Source of the DNA: Sphagnum compactum
Taxonomy: Eukaryota
Assembly: GCA_965153455.1 (NCBI GenBank)
Contig: OZ234493.1
Coordinates: forward strand, 18,838,213 to 18,902,212
Direction of reading: 5' to 3'
DNA length: 64,000 bases
The position numbers were made by a program, and so were the translations under genes. Below are positions 1 through 14,469 of this stretch, piece after piece. Numbering within the stretch: position 1 is the stretch's first letter; every line of letters begins with the position of its first letter. The notes below the pieces were generated by a model. It had not been told where the DNA came from. It searched no databases and saw nothing but the letters and a program-made list of their open reading frames with translations.

Positions 1-412
1 CTCACACACATTCCAGGCAAAAGAAGATTTTTTTGGAAACTCAAATATTTCACCATTAATCTTCCAAAATATCCTCTAAAAAGAAACTAAAATCCTTCAA
101 GATATTATAACTCTGTAACTAATCTCAACTTTCAATACATGCCAAAATATCATCTTTCAAAAACCCTCATATTACATAGGGGCGAAATCCCTTAAACTCC
201 TGTATACTCTATAATGAAACTAAACACAACATCCTTGCCTGCCAAGTCAAGGCCAACAAATCGGATGAAGACAATGCAACACTGGTTGTTAACACATTGA
301 CGTTATCAGATTTGAGTGTCCAAGAAAACAAAACACTGTAGTTGTAACTAGTACACATGTACAGAAAAGACATGGGTTGATGATCACACACAGAGAGAGT
401 CTACTCATTCAC

Positions 413-1402
413 CTCAGTTGAGGATTTTTGAATCCTGAGGCCGCAGGCCGCATCCAAGAAGCCAAAGTTCCAAAATTCCAAGAAAAACACAATAATTTAG
501 CAACAAAGTATGCTTGTGAGAATTCAAAGCCATCATCAAACTCAAACCCTTAATTGAAGGGTTTCATCAATGGGTCCATTCACCATTTGGGTTCCAAAAA
601 AGAATGTCTAATTTTTATTTTTATTTTCTTTTGAAACTCAATTTAAAGACAACTTTGAATTTTCATAGTCTTAAATTTATCACTACTATGGCATTTTGTT
701 TTGTTTTTATAATTATTAGAATATTGAGTTATTTAGAAGAAAAAAAAAATCTATAATGAATTGGATGATATATAAAAAATCCTGTGGAGTCCTTAACCCC
801 TAAACATCAAGACAGACCAAATTGGTCAATTGTCCAGACTAACAACTTTTTCACATGTATCTATTTGCAATGTGAATCATAGAGCTTCAATCCTGAGTCT
901 AAAACCTTCCACTTCGAGAAAAATCTCAGTTCTCAACATAAGAATCAAAATCAAAATCAAATTTCAAATGCAACCAAAATTCACCAAAAAAATTCCCAAT
1001 TGTTAGAAAACTATGTACACACACAGTGGATCTGAGCCCCAGATTCTTCTGTACTTTTGATGATGATGATGATGATGATGATCTTCTTCTTCTTCTTCTT
1101 CTTAAGTATTCCTTGATCTACAGAAACCAAAAACCACAAAACACAGTGCAATTGAACATGAACAAAGTTCAAAACCACGTTAGATTACCGAAAATGTCAC
1201 TGGCAAACAGCACGGCCTCGGAAGCTGATGGCGAGCCTGTGATATAAGAAACCAAGCCTGCAAAATTCTCTTCCTTTCCAACACAAGACTTGTCCTTAAC
1301 TGGAGGGCAACGCCTACAACACTGCCGCGATTGAGGCGTGTCTCTGACTATGCTCTTGAAAGCTCCTCCTTCATCAGATGATGCAGCAGCAGGACCCACC
1401 AT
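413..1402 (-). CDS. Dienelactone hydrolase family protein (endo-1,3;1,4-beta-D-glucanase-like), copy A; exon 1 1189-1402 and exon 2 413-434; gene continues beyond the left edge
   Basis: Exon 1 encodes MVGPAAA...QCCRRCPP...GKEENFAGLVSYITGSPSASEAVLFASDIFG, followed by a GT donor at 1188. A 22-nt AG/GT-flanked micro-exon encodes (G)FKNPQLR, with the same size and phase as exon 2 of the paralog at 16764-16785. Confidence 0.85.
1059..1102. repeat. Compound (GAT)n(CTT)n microsatellite in DLH intron 1
   Basis: Directly visible tgatgatgat...cttcttctt. Confidence 0.95.
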
Positions 1403-3711
1403 ACTTGCAAAAAAAGGAAGAATTTCAGACACCAACTCAGTTCTTTTTCGCCCCTTTTCAAATTAGCCCAATCGCTTGGTTCCTTCCCACTCTCACTCTC
1501 ACTCTCACTCCCACTCTCATGTGCAGTAGAGTATAAGTGTAGAGAAAATTAGAGTGTTTGGAAGTATGAGTGTACTTATAGGGGGATGGAGGCCCCTTCA
1601 CTCGATGAAGCGACTTCTCATTGGGTGCATGTAAAGTCTAATATGGGCTGCCACTATTTTTGGCCTGGAAAAATAGCCCTTCCTAACAACACTCTAAACC
1701 TATTGGTAATCCCTTCACTACCTTATCCTAAGGTCAGATTCGTCATTAAATAATTATCAAAATAGTGAAATGGATTCTTGTGAAAATGGGAAGTCGACAT
1801 GTTGAAAATCATGATAATTATCATAGGCTACACTCCCAATAATTTCACTATTCATATGACAATATCATAATAGCTAGATGGTGGAAAATTCAATAATTCT
1901 AAATTTTATAAACGATTTATTTTTAATTTTAATAATATTCATTTTGTCAATGTGGAAACTGACCCTAGGCTACGGTATGTGTCCCCATAATTCTGCCCCT
2001 GTAGTTCGCCCACGACCAAAATGGTGACAAAAATGGTGACAAACAGTTTTGGGAAGAGAAATTGCATGCCACCACCAAGTGGGAAGCTCTGCATGCCACC
2101 AAGTGGGAAGCTTTGCATGCACAGTCTAAGGTGCCCCCATTCTTTTCCTTTCGGGTTGGGTTGGGTTGGGTTGGGGTGGGTGGGAGGGGAGAGGGGAGAT
2201 TTCTTTTCATTTTTTCTTGTTCTCAATGTGTTCTCATCAGGTTCCCAATGGCTTTCCATCACGTTCCCAATTTTTTACCCAGTAATTATTTGTGCCTGTT
2301 ATTTTCGTAGATAAGAAAGTCAAAAGGTGAGCATCTTACTTCATGTGGTTGTGATCGCCAAAAGAGAAATGAGGCCAAATTTGTCGACCAAGCATGACGA
2401 AGGGCTTTGCTCACCCTTAGTTGCTTGAAAGTGAATGAAAAGAAGAAAAAGAAGGGGAAAATTTTGACAAGTTGTCAATGTAGTTCATTTACTAATGTTG
2501 AATTCAAATACCAATAGAGATATAAGGTATATTGCAGGGGGAGCCAATTCCTCAACAAAAACATAGTCATATTGGGCCACAAGTGAACCAGCACCCACCA
2601 GTGCACCATGAAGGATGAATGGTAAGGGTCAGGAAACAGTTTTCTGTTGGGTTTCAGTTCCCTGAGCTAACCGTGGTGGTTAGCTCAATTGCTTTTCCTT
2701 TTAACCTACCCACAAGCAGGTTGTTAGTAGGTAGGTAGTAAAAGCAGCCCTTACATATGGATAAACCATCTACTTACCTAGTAGTTAGCTATTTTCCTAC
2801 CTACCTATGTATGAGATCTATTTCCTACAGAATTGGTTACCAAAGTGAAACCAAATATTAACTCAGTTGAGGTTCATCCACAACTGAGTAATAGCAGGCA
2901 TCCAGTGGATGGTGCAATGGTGGGTGTTGGTTGGCTGTGCTGTCAATCATATTGTTGATGCTTGATGCCATAAAGTTTTTATGTTCATTTCAAAGGAATT
3001 ATTTTCCTTGCATGATTTGCAAAAATGTCACTCTTTGACTCAACGCATTAGTGTTTTGTGACTCCTAAAACTAACAATATTTACTTCAAATAACTCATTT
3101 TCATTGCATGATTCTTCTAACTCTTTAACATTGAGTCCCCATGGAACACTAAATTTGGATCATTCACCACACAATCGTGCGTTGCAATAATCTTATGTAA
3201 TGAGGAAAATGGTATGGGATTTTGTGAGAAAGAAAATTTTGTTATTGGTGCACAAGTTGTGCATTATTTTTCATGTGTGTGTGCAATTGGGAAAGCAATC
3301 TTGGCCATTGCTCTCCTACGGAAATCAACATATACTTGTCATAACGGTTTTAATTATGTGCCCTTGCACACTAGTAGTGAAGTGCACACAATTCTTCAAA
3401 AACTATTTGGGTTTTGGCTGAGATAGTAAAGATACATGTAACCTTCCTTCTCCTTAGAGTGTTGATTGTTTCTAGTGTAGAATTTTAATATCTTTTTGAC
3501 TAATTTCCCAACCTGGATTACTTGGACATCACTTTGACATCATTGTGTCAAAAGATGCAAGCTATAAATAGGGCATGTTGTGAGACTAAGAACTTCAATT
3601 TGTTAGAACCATCATCCATGACATTGGAATGAGATAAGCACATCTAAACTTGTGTATTAACAAGCCACTCCTCAGAAATGCCCCTTGAAGTTTCCTTGAG
3701 TACATGGAAAC

Positions 3712-4547
3712 TAGTGTGGGTGGTTCCTAGTTCTAGGAGGAACCTTCGGTTTCAGTTCCCAAACTTTTCAAGGGACTCAGTTATGATTTTTCTCACCTGT
3801 CTTCAAGTTCAGTCAGTTTTGGTTTCTAAATTGATGCCAGAAGCTCCAGTTCCGGTTCTCATCCAGTTCCAAAGTCCAAAACACCAAAATTTTCAATATG
3901 AAAAATCCAAACTTTTATTCCAAAGGGAAAAAATTTATTACAACGGTTCGATAAATGTCAAAGGCATAGAAAATAGCCTACTTTTAATTTTTAAATCACT
4001 CTAAAAGGTTTCTAGTTCCTGGAGTATCCGAGTCAATTTTATCCATTGCCATGTGGTTTCATGCTTAGGGTTTTTGCAATTGTGTCTACCACCTTGGAAT
4101 ATAGTCTTTTGTGACCCTCAAATTCAACCCAAGATTGTTTCCCAACCAGCTCTCCACCTTCAAGTTTCCCCCTCAAACAGCCTCAAATTTGTATCTCAAA
4201 TAGACCCCCAATTCAACCCTATTTCATAGCCCAATTCAACCTTCAAACAGCCCCAAATCTGCCCCCAAAAACACCGCCTCCCAAAATCCCTTCAAACACA
4301 AACCCCCCTCCCCAAAACAAAGGTTAAAAAAACCCAAATTCAAGATGGCATTACAAACCTGAACCCCCTAAACCCTAATCCCTACACCTGCCCTATGCCC
4401 TAACCCTAAAACCAAACCAGATTTCATTTTTAAAATTAGTCCAGTTCCAGCGATTCTCAATTGAGGGCCGTCTCCGGGTAGGTTCCAGGTACCTGAATCC
4501 AGAACCGCCGGTTCCTACCCAACCAACTGGGAACCTGCCCAACACTG
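3712..4547. mobile_element. Non-autonomous hAT-like element
   Basis: Ends TAGTGTGGGTGGTTC / GAACCTGCCCAACACTG form an imperfect TIR. The 8-bp flanks ATGGAAAC / GTGGAAAC match 7/8 (TSD). GGTTC/GAACC subterminal motifs are present. Confidence 0.7.
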
Positions 4548-4750
4548 GTGGAAACCTCAAATGAAGTTGCACCTGAGACTAGGAACTTTGCAGGAAGCTT
4601 TCAAAAGACAGGATCTGTCCCCTAATTACATATATTAAAGGAAGAATGAAGCTTCCCCTTAATCCGGACGGACAGTACCTACGGACAGTAGCTAAATATA
4701 GTAAGGACGTGTGAAGCTTCTCCTTAAAAGTGTACCTTACACTTTTGTAG

Positions 4751-5125
4751 CAGCATCTCCAGCGGGGCTCACTATGTGATCCTGCACAGTGAAAATCGAT
4801 GAAGAAAATCCAACATATGCCGGTTTGACTCAGCAAAATGGTTTTGGCTCAGCATAATTTCACAGTTTGCCGTCGCTGGTAAAAGGCTCAGCAGTGCTCC
4901 GCACCTGCGAAAAAGAGTGTGATAAATATGATCTAATTGCTGCTCAGTGTTTCTGATTAGCCCATCATAATGATTGGTCCAGGTGGTTTGTTATTAGTAG
5001 TCCTACACGTATTTTGCTGTCCCAGTTTCAGTTTTCTTGGTGGGGTTGCAAAAGTCTACATAACTAAACTTGGATGTGAAAAATAGTTTTGCAGGGTCAC
5101 ATACTGAGCACCGCTGGAGATGCTC
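4751..5125. mobile_element. Tourist-like (PIF/Harbinger) MITE
   Basis: ~35-40 bp TIRs GCATCTCCAGCGGGGCTCACTATGTGATCCTGCA / TGCAGGGTCACATACTGAGCACCGCTGGAGATGC, with TAG/TAA flanks. Confidence 0.8.
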
Positions 5126-5514
5126 TAAGGCCCCTTTCAAATACAAAAACTGTTTGAAAAGTTCTTCACATGGAGAATAAGGCCCCCCAAGGTGGCAAGC
5201 AATCTGAAAATAAGGGGCCACGACCCGGACAAAAGGTAGCTGAGTCTGACCCTGCATTTCATGGAACTGCCCCCCACCCATGTGCCTAAGCACTGTTGGC
5301 TTCCTTACCAAATAGATTCTTGGGATTCCCACGTTTCAAATTGAAACAAAAAAGGTGTTTTGCCTTTGCTAGTGTCTTGACAAATTTGAGATGTTGTCAC
5401 AATCTTGATTGGACTATATTAAAGTTGAAGTTGCTTTAATTGAAGATAATTATGAATTGATTGAAGAATCTAACTATTTTGAAAAGTTGAAAATTCAAAA
5501 TGATTCGGTATGTC

Positions 5515-5820
5515 ACTTTTTGGGTGTGTCAATGGGTTTTCAAGACTTTTTATCACACATTTTTTGGATGAAACTTTATTTCAAGACATGGGACATATTG
5601 ATGATCTTTCTCTATTGAGAGACGTTTAGGTTGCTTTGGACATTCTATCTTCATGTGTAGTTCGTCGACCTTCTTATCTCACACGGACAGTACCTCCTTC
5701 TTGTTCCTTCCTATGTTTTTTGGCGAGTTTTGACTAGAAAGTTATGCAAATATGTGAGGACATTATGGATCCAGAATCATGTGAACCTTTTTAAAGCCCC
5801 TTAGCAAGGCATTAGGCAAT
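5515..5820 (+). mobile_element. Degenerate non-LTR retrotransposon fragment (CRE-like, region after RT)
   Basis: Interrupted translation LGVSMG...HIDDLSLLRDV*VALDILSSCVVRRPSYLTRTVPPS resembles the LGxPxG...YLxRTVP region of CRE-type LINEs. Confidence 0.5.
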
Positions 5821-5829
5821 TCATATTTA

Positions 5830-7370
5830 TTCATCAATCACTAACACAAAACATGTGATATATTGGGGCAACTATATTGATATTTAATAACAAGTTCCAA
5901 AATATTTTTTTCAAAAATTCCTTCATGTAAAAAATGAAAAGGATTAAAAAAGGATTCACAATTGTTTTATAAAGTAATCCCATTACCTCATTTGAATGTA
6001 TTTGCACCCAACTACTTATTGCAGTTTAAAAACAAGTTTCAAAAATTGAGATCAAATGATTTAAATGTATGCATCATTATGTGTAACCAGAATTAGTTCA
6101 ATAATGTCAACTTTGTCTATGGAAGATGCCAACACTATAATCATTTTTTTCAACTCCACCAATTATTCAAGCCATGTGTGAGAGATTAAATAAACAACTA
6201 AAGAAACATCTAAAATGACCCCCCAAAAAATTGAATTAACAAAAGAAAGTGAAGTCAAAGCAATTGAAATTAGTTACATTCATAATCAAAAGGTTTAGCC
6301 CTTAAACGGTGCAATTGCATGATTGCCTTGAAGGTGTGGTCCTTGCCTACTATCCCAATTTGGCTACATAATAAAATTGTTGGGAAAAGGTGTGCAATCA
6401 ACAAATCTTATATCTATGGCACTTGGAACTAATCAAATAACACTCAATTTCATTGTCATAATTCATAACGGCAAGATACTAGTCATTGAAAATCAGGAAA
6501 AAGACCATGAGAAATATACAACTAAAAATTAATTGGTCAAAATGATCAATGAAAGTCCTTTTCTAAAACAAATGTGCTAGAATTCCAAGGAAATTCAAGA
6601 GTAGGCCTAAGTCGCATTTCCAAACCAATTTCCAAATTCAACATATACCTCCACAACAAAATCCAAATAGGCTAGTAAATGATTTGTCTTTAACTTGTAG
6701 CTCCTCCACAACCTTCTTTGTATCTACTATTACTTCATCTTTTGTATCACACAAAAACCTCCATTACGAAAAAGAAAACCACATCCTGAATTTTAATGGT
6801 GAGCACATGACTAGCCTTAACATTTATCCACTTGAAGAGCAAAAGTCTAAGTGTGTGACTTGAAATGAGAATCCTAGATAGTTTATGTGTATAAGCCAAA
6901 ACTTCTCCACCCATGTTATGTGTCCAACCAATGAGTTTGGGCCCTCCATTAAAGCAAATGGATTTCCATGGAGAAAAGTTAAAGATAATAACAATGTAAC
7001 CTTTTGCTGCCACTTTGTTTACCAACCTCCTACAAGCACAACATTTCAATGCTTTAGTCACATCTGCAAGTCAATCTTTCTCTATATTGCATTTAATAAA
7101 CAAATTATCAAGAATGCATAAAGGAGGCCATTTGTCAAAAAAAACAAGAGAACAAAATCAACATCATATGATGCAATAAGGAAAAGATGACATGGTGGAG
7201 GAGAAACATAAAGACCTACTTGACAAGACAAACATCATATCTTGAGTCCATCTAAAAGAAACCGAAATTCCACACAAAAAATGGACATGCAACTTGTGAG
7301 ACTCTTGCCTTCAAGACTTAGATCATATAATATGTCAAATCTTCAATCTCGAATATTACCAACACAACAA
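5830..7370 (-). pseudogene. Decayed internal fragment (exons 2-6 with introns) of a DLH-family gene, copy B
   Basis: Colinear with ~15330-16930 in both exons and introns, e.g. the shared CCTTGAAGGTGTGGTCCTTGCCTAC and RRLVNKVAAKGYIVII vs RKLADKVAAAGYFVVV. Frameshifts and damaged splice sites; exons 1 and 7 not seen. Confidence 0.85.
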
Positions 7371-8679
7371 CCAAAAGAAAAAAAATTGTATGATTCTTGA
7401 TACCAACTCAATTCATCTTTTATCTTCCATAGACTATTGCACATGATATTAAAAACACCCCCCATTGATCGAACTTCATAGACTTGTCATTTATTGCTTT
7501 ACATGGTTCATGTTTAAATTTTGCAATTCATGTCTTGTGCAAAACAAAAAGTTTTAACATGTTTCACAAACTCATTGAGATTTGAACCCACCAATGTTAC
7601 ATAGAAGTAAAATCTAATTATTATCGCTAGCTTACTTCCTAATATAGCTACATTTTATTTTTAATTTAACTTTGATTTTACATATTTTTAATCACACCCT
7701 ACAACATTGAAATCGTAGACGTTTTTCTAACACCCCCACAAAGTTTGATGGGTGTTTAATTTTTCAACTCTAATGACTCTCACAAACATGGGTTATAATA
7801 TTAATGTATTTTTATAACTAGGATGTTGAATAAGCTTGTGTGTAGGTGTTCAAAAAACATTGTTACGGCCAAATGAAATTGCTACATTTAGTGGTTTCAA
7901 TTTGTTTTTTTTAATTATCTTGAATGAACTAGCAATTATATGTGTAACAAGGTTTCATAAGTTTAGCGAACCAATGGAAATGGCAGGAAAGGCCCATGAT
8001 GTTCAATGTTCAAGAAAATAAGGTCATGTACAACCTTGAAGAATTATTTTCATGTCAAATGGATTGTTGAATTTGGTGGCCTAAACTCTAAATTTACTTT
8101 TCTTAACGAACTTTAGTGAACTAAATTCAATGTGTACCTACTAGCTATCTATAGAAAAGATTCTTGGACATTACTTGTGCATTTTGTTTCAACTTAATGA
8201 AAGGGTGGTCCCACAAGAGGACTTAACCAAATTTCCTTACAAGTTAAAGCGGAAAGTACAAAAATTTTGGAGTCTTGTCATATTTTGGCAACATCGCTAC
8301 AAGGAATCATGTCCATACTAACCCATGTGTTTGCAACTTGTGTCCAAATCAACCATTTTTTGTGCTTATCAAATTGTCAATGTGACTATCTACTTAGCAC
8401 CACATAAAAACAACTTGTGTTGTGATTACAAAATTGTAAATTACATATGTAACTATGACTTGCAACAACTATTAGTTTGGACCAAAATGAAGATGAAAAA
8501 TGTAGCCATATCATCTAACAACTAATGGCATCCAATGATAGATGAAAATCTAATTGTTTTGTGATTAATGATGTGGTTCATAAGTGATTGGTCACCATGT
8601 GATGATTTATTCAACTTGAATTATGATTACAAATCATAGTTGCAAATGTACATGTGTCTAAATGTGAAGAAAATAATTA

Positions 8680-9620
8680 AAAAATAACCAAAAATAACCT
8701 AGGTTGGAATAACATAAAATAGCCTGAGATAGCTTAAGGTGGAATAGTTTGAAATATCTTAAATTGGATTAAAATAGAATAACCGAAATTAGTTTTAGAC
8801 AAAATAGCCTAAAATAATTTTAAATGAAATAACTTAAAATAACTGTGAATAATCTAAAATTTTATCGGGTGAAATAGCCTTGAATAACCTAAAATGATTG
8901 AAATCACTTAGATGCAATAACCTATAATAGCCTATGGTCGAATAGTTTAGAATAATCAAAAGTCTTTTAAACTAAATAGTTCAAAATAGTTGAAAAAAAG
9001 TTAAGGTGGGAAAGCATAAATTTAAAAAATAATTTAAAATAAAATAACCTAAGGTGGAGCAACCTAAGGTAGAATAACTTAAAATAGCTAAAAATAATGT
9101 AAATTAAACTATGGTGGAATAACCTAAAATAGTTGAAAATGGATTAAGATATAATAATTTAAAATATTTTAAAATGAAATAATTTAGATAACCTAAGGTG
9201 GAATAGCCTAAAATAGCCAAAATAGTTTAAGGTAAAATAGTGTCAAAGAGACTAGGGTGGAATAACAAAAAACAACCTATAACAGTTTAATGCAAAATAA
9301 CTTAAAATACGTTAGGGCAAAATAACCCAAAATAACCTAAGGTGGAATAGTGTAAAATGCCAAAAATAAACTAAGGTGGAATATCATAAAATAGCCTAAA
9401 ATGGAATAACATAAAATAATTGAAAATAACCTAAGGTAGAATAGCCAAAAATAACTTAAAATGGAATAACATGATAATAACCTAAGATCGAATAGCCTAA
9501 AATAACCTAAAATGGCATAATGTGAAACAGTTGAAAATAACTTAAAATAAAATAGCCTAAACCGGCCTATGGTGGAATAACCTAGATTAATTGAAAATAA
9601 CCTAAAATCATTTATAATAA
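8680..9620. repeat. Degenerate AT-rich tandem array (AAAATAACCTAAGGTGGAATAGCCT-like units), probably internal to a non-autonomous DNA transposon
   Basis: Recurrent motif; similar arrays at 26390-26780 and 49790-50200. Confidence 0.7.
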
Positions 9621-11799
9621 CTTGGGGTGAACAAATAATTAGCTAATTAGGTAGGCTAAGTAATTAATTTATTATAAAAGCTAGATAGTGAGTAATAAGT
9701 AGTAAATAAATAGGCTAAATATAAATATTTTATTGCGTGAATATGTGATAATAATTTTGTGCACAAAACAAAATATGATAATGTTACATAGGGTTGTAGT
9801 GTTTCCCTTTCATTAAAATTTATCCCATATCCTTTGTCTATAAATTGAATTTTGTAAAATAATGTTTAGATGAAAGAAAAGACTACTCGTGGTATGCACT
9901 ATAAACATTCAAAGTGCACGTGTGATTTGAAATAAGCCAATCAAAAGGCTTATGACCATGAAAAAAAATCTAAAATCTTACTTAAACTTACTTACCTAAA
10001 CTTATAACCTAAACCCATTTACCTATCCTAAGCCTACCAACCTACCTAGCTTATGCTAGGTTGCCTATTTTAACATAGTTTAAACTAACCTAGGGTTGTT
10101 GCACAGATTATTGCCATGTGGATACATCCTAACCAACTATGAAACACATCATGTGAGTACATTTTATAGTCATAAACCCAGTCACAAATGATCATACTAC
10201 ATCATCGTATGCAAATAGTGGGTTTTGTCTAAGTTTTAAATATAAAAAATATCATGTCAAAACTTAAATTAAGGTCTCTAGGTTCAAATTTATCATTTCT
10301 CGAACTGATTATACCTTCTAAAGACCTAATTCTATTAGGTCATTGTGATTATAAAATCCACTACAACATCATCTTTTCATTTCATTTGTTTGACGTAGAC
10401 GTGCACCTCACATCCCTATTGACCATGCATTCACCAAATGTAGATTTCTAAAAGCTTTAAATCAAACTATGAATCACCATATGTCATTATTAAAACTAAA
10501 ACATTGTGTTTTTTTAATTCTCTAAATAGTTCCCTACAAATGAAATGTTCCCAACATTCCCAACTTTCAGTACCTAGAAATGTTTTGCTTAATTGTAGCT
10601 CTCCAATGAAAAGTGCATGTTCATGCAACAAGAAACAAAGCCCTTTCATTAGGATGTGTTAGTGATCACAACATCATTTGTAATTGTGATCATATCAACC
10701 TAATGGAAACAAACCTTAAGAAACCTCCCTCAAGGAGGTGAAATTACTTTCTAAGTGTACCTTCCGGACAAGGTGATCCACCACCTATAATGGTACCTTC
10801 ATTTTCTTTAATGAGTGCATTGAGTAAGGCATCAAAATGACTCTATTTAACTCATAAATGTTCAAATTCCAAACTTGCAAACCTTGGTTTTCTTTTAAGG
10901 AATAGATGTTCTTTTAGTGCAATTTGATATGGATGAAATTTCATTAATGGTGAAATTTTATTAGGGTATGAAAATAAGTCCATGTAGAATTGATAAATAA
11001 ATGTTTTCTTTCCTATGCGATTTTGAGTACAAGGTTGAGTCACCTTGGTTAACAACAATGAAGATGAATTGTCAACATTTTGGTTTTACATCCATTTGTG
11101 TGATTTGGTGCTTTGTTGAACATTTTGCTTCATGTGTATTATGTTCATTTAATTTGGGGCTTTTTTTATGCATATGTGCAATTAAGGTTTACTACCAAGT
11201 TCAAAACTAGTCTCTCCACTCCATATGTCATATCTCATTTTAACATAATGTGGTTTTTCTCACATAATAGGCCATGGTTTTTGACATATATGAGGTGAAC
11301 TTTGTTGCTTCATCAATTACAATGTATGATTGCCATATATTACATCAAAATTGCAATTTGACATTGAGTTGTTACACATCATACAAAAACATCTAATTAA
11401 TGTCAAATTGCAATTTTAATGTAAGCACCATATATTGTATATTGTAATGGATGAAACCACAAAATTAACCTAACATGTTATGAACTATGGCCTATTGTGT
11501 GAAAAAAACCACATTTTATTGTAGTCCCTCCATACAACCTCCTTTTAATTTCAAATATTCTCTTTTTTTTTATGAAATTAGGATTGCAACTTTAAAATCA
11601 ACCTTGAATTTGATTGATAATCCTCTCGATGATTCCCTTCTACACACAATATGGTGATTGACCAAAGGAAATTTGTTACCCCATGGTTTAAGTTTTTTGA
11701 TAGACTAGTCTTCAAACAAACACACTGTGTTCCTTTAACAACACACCAAGCTTTGGTGAAAGGATTTTAAACGCAACACCTTGCAAGCCTTAAGTAGGA

Positions 11800-13990
11800 A
11801 AAAAAAAAAAAAAAGTTAGAATGGGAAAATTCAGAAGGTCTTCCAAGATTCTTAAACAACCAACTTGCCCCATGCAAAGCTTGCTACTAGAGAAAATGAC
11901 AAAATGTGCACATGGTAAAGTGCAAGGTTTGCTCATCTATAAAAATTAGAAACAAACCTTTAGTGCCTAAGTTGGATGGCATATAAAAACATACTAGTAG
12001 ATAGAAACCCACCATAACAATACATTATGTACCATTTGGTGGTTTCTACTAATGCCCAAGTAGTTAGAACATGAAAAATGAGATGATGTTTGGCACAATA
12101 AGGAAAATTATGTGTGTGACATGTGGTTGCAAGGTTCCTCTAATTTCTTGAAGGTTTTGAATAATTCTTGAAAACATTACATTGATTCTATTGGTTGGGT
12201 AACATGGTAGAAGGATTACATTCAAAAGTGCTAAAAATCATTAAAATTGTTGTACAATCAATCAAATTTATTGTTTATATCTTGTGATGAAGTAACTTGT
12301 ATTGTTAATTAGTCTTGGATAAGTGTACACAAGAATGTGGTGTAAAATTTGAAGGCAAGTACTCATATTGTTAAACTTGGAGAGGGTGATAAAAGGTTTT
12401 GGTTTTGACAATTTTTTTTAACATTTTGGCGTAGTTTCTTGAAATTTTCTTACACAATATAGGTGCATATCTAAGCATGACATTGTTTCCAAGCTTATGT
12501 GCTTTGGTGTAGATGGTTTCATCGTATTTCAAGGCACAAAAATAAGGGTCATTATTCAATTAAAGGAGAAGCATGCTCCTTATTTCATTGGTGTGCATTA
12601 CGTGGCACATCATACTTTGTTATCCAAACCCTTTCAACTCTATCCATTATTCAAAACTATGTCTTAATTTGACATACAATTATATGGCAACTTCACCTAA
12701 GTTACATCACCTAAAACATTGTTAGCTTCCAAAGTTCATCTAAATGAAAGGGATAAACATTCTTAAAAACATAAGAACAAGATGGATTAACATGTTTCCA
12801 TCAAAATGAATCCTCGATGAATACCTATATCAGTTTAAATCTACAAATGAAAAAAAAAAAATCAACCATTTATGTAACTAAAACTTCAATTGTTAAGGAC
12901 TTGAAATTAAAATTTCGTTTAATTTAATTTCAGGTTTTGGTTTATATAAAAGACTTTTAAACTTGAATAATAGTTGGATTAGATATAGACAATTTTACAA
13001 AGGATAAGTTAAAGATTCCTTTAATTAAAAAGTTAAGATGATAATGACCTCTACCCACATTCATAAAACATTCATAATTAAATGGTGTGAAAATTGAAAT
13101 TTTGATAAATTCAATAACCTTGTCAATGGGGTGTAATGTACATGACATATATTAAAAAAATTGTCGCTTATGATATAAGAAGTTAAACCCTAGAAGAATG
13201 TTTTGATATGATTTGAAATTCTACTCATTTTTCAGAACAAAACATAAATATACAATTTTTTTTTAAATTATATATCTTCAACAATGATCAAAAGAGAACA
13301 TGTAATGTATCAGCATAATTCTAGACATGTTTAATAACTAGTTGCAAAAGAAATCATCCAAAAATTCCTTCCTCTGAAAAAATTAAAAGCATTACAAAAA
13401 GACCCACCATCCTTTAAATTAGTAATTCCATTGATTCATTTGATTGTGATTTGACTCAAAAGCACTTTCTAAAAAGACTTCTAATAAATGCTTTTGCTAC
13501 TTAAAGGACTTTTTTTTAAAACTTGAAATTTTCTGAAAATGACTTTTTTTTTACAAGTTTTTAATATTAAATATAATATAATATTTTGTTTTATTGGGTT
13601 GTAAAAAAATTAATGATTTATTTCAACTTACAAGTCATGAATATCAAGAATATTTTTAAAAATATGCAATTTAAGCACTCAACTAAAGGGACACCTTTCG
13701 CTCACTATAATGTGATTGCACCCAACATTAGGCCTCTAGATTGGGGCTCAATTAATGTAGCCAAACTATCAACCATCGCCTATTAGAGTTTTTGGGCTTT
13801 GCAGAACTTTACATTGTCATTGCTTTGAAAGTGTTGAGGATGAGGGAACATTCTCTTCCTTCAATGTTGTAAAATCCAAGCTTTGCAATTAAATAATGAA
13901 ACCTCGAGACTGAGGGGTTCAAACTTATCTGCAACACTTTTGCATACTTGACCTAGCAGTTCAAATGTATGCGCAAGTACTTTTGCAAGC
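11800..13990 (+). mobile_element. Degenerate hAT (ZNF862-like) transposase remnant, interrupted
   Basis: Motif remnants SCDEVT...SWISVH (~12280), CFGVDGFIVFQGTK...IIQLKEKHAPYFIGVHYVAHHT (~12500-12615) and EGTFSSFNVVKSKLCN (~13842, dimerisation region); many stops. Confidence 0.75.
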
Positions 13991-14469
13991 TTGACACATT
14001 TACATTCTACGATGTATTTTAGGAGTAGAGCGAGGTGAACTCAATATGGATTGTATTCATCATGTAAATTCACGATCTTGCACCAATGCAGTTGTGTGTG
14101 TAAATCCAGTACTCTTTATTTGAGGAGAATCCAACATATGGATTAGAGTTCAATTCCCCTACTTGGTAGACAACTACAAAATTTTGTGACTTTCTGAGTT
14201 TGTCTTTGCAATTTATGAACATAGTTTTTTGCAATTCTTTGTAGGTTTGCTATTGGTTATAAATGCAAGACATTTTTCAATTTTAAGCCACAATTTCACC
14301 TTCCTGTTGAGTGACATGTATAGTCACATTTCCTGCTCACAAAACTTACATCATGTTTTCCATTTGATCTTACAGAATTCATTATACCATTATTCATATA
14401 AGTGAGACAAAACCATATATTAACCCAAATCTTACTGGGACTGAATGTCAAGTAGCATGCTTATTTAGT

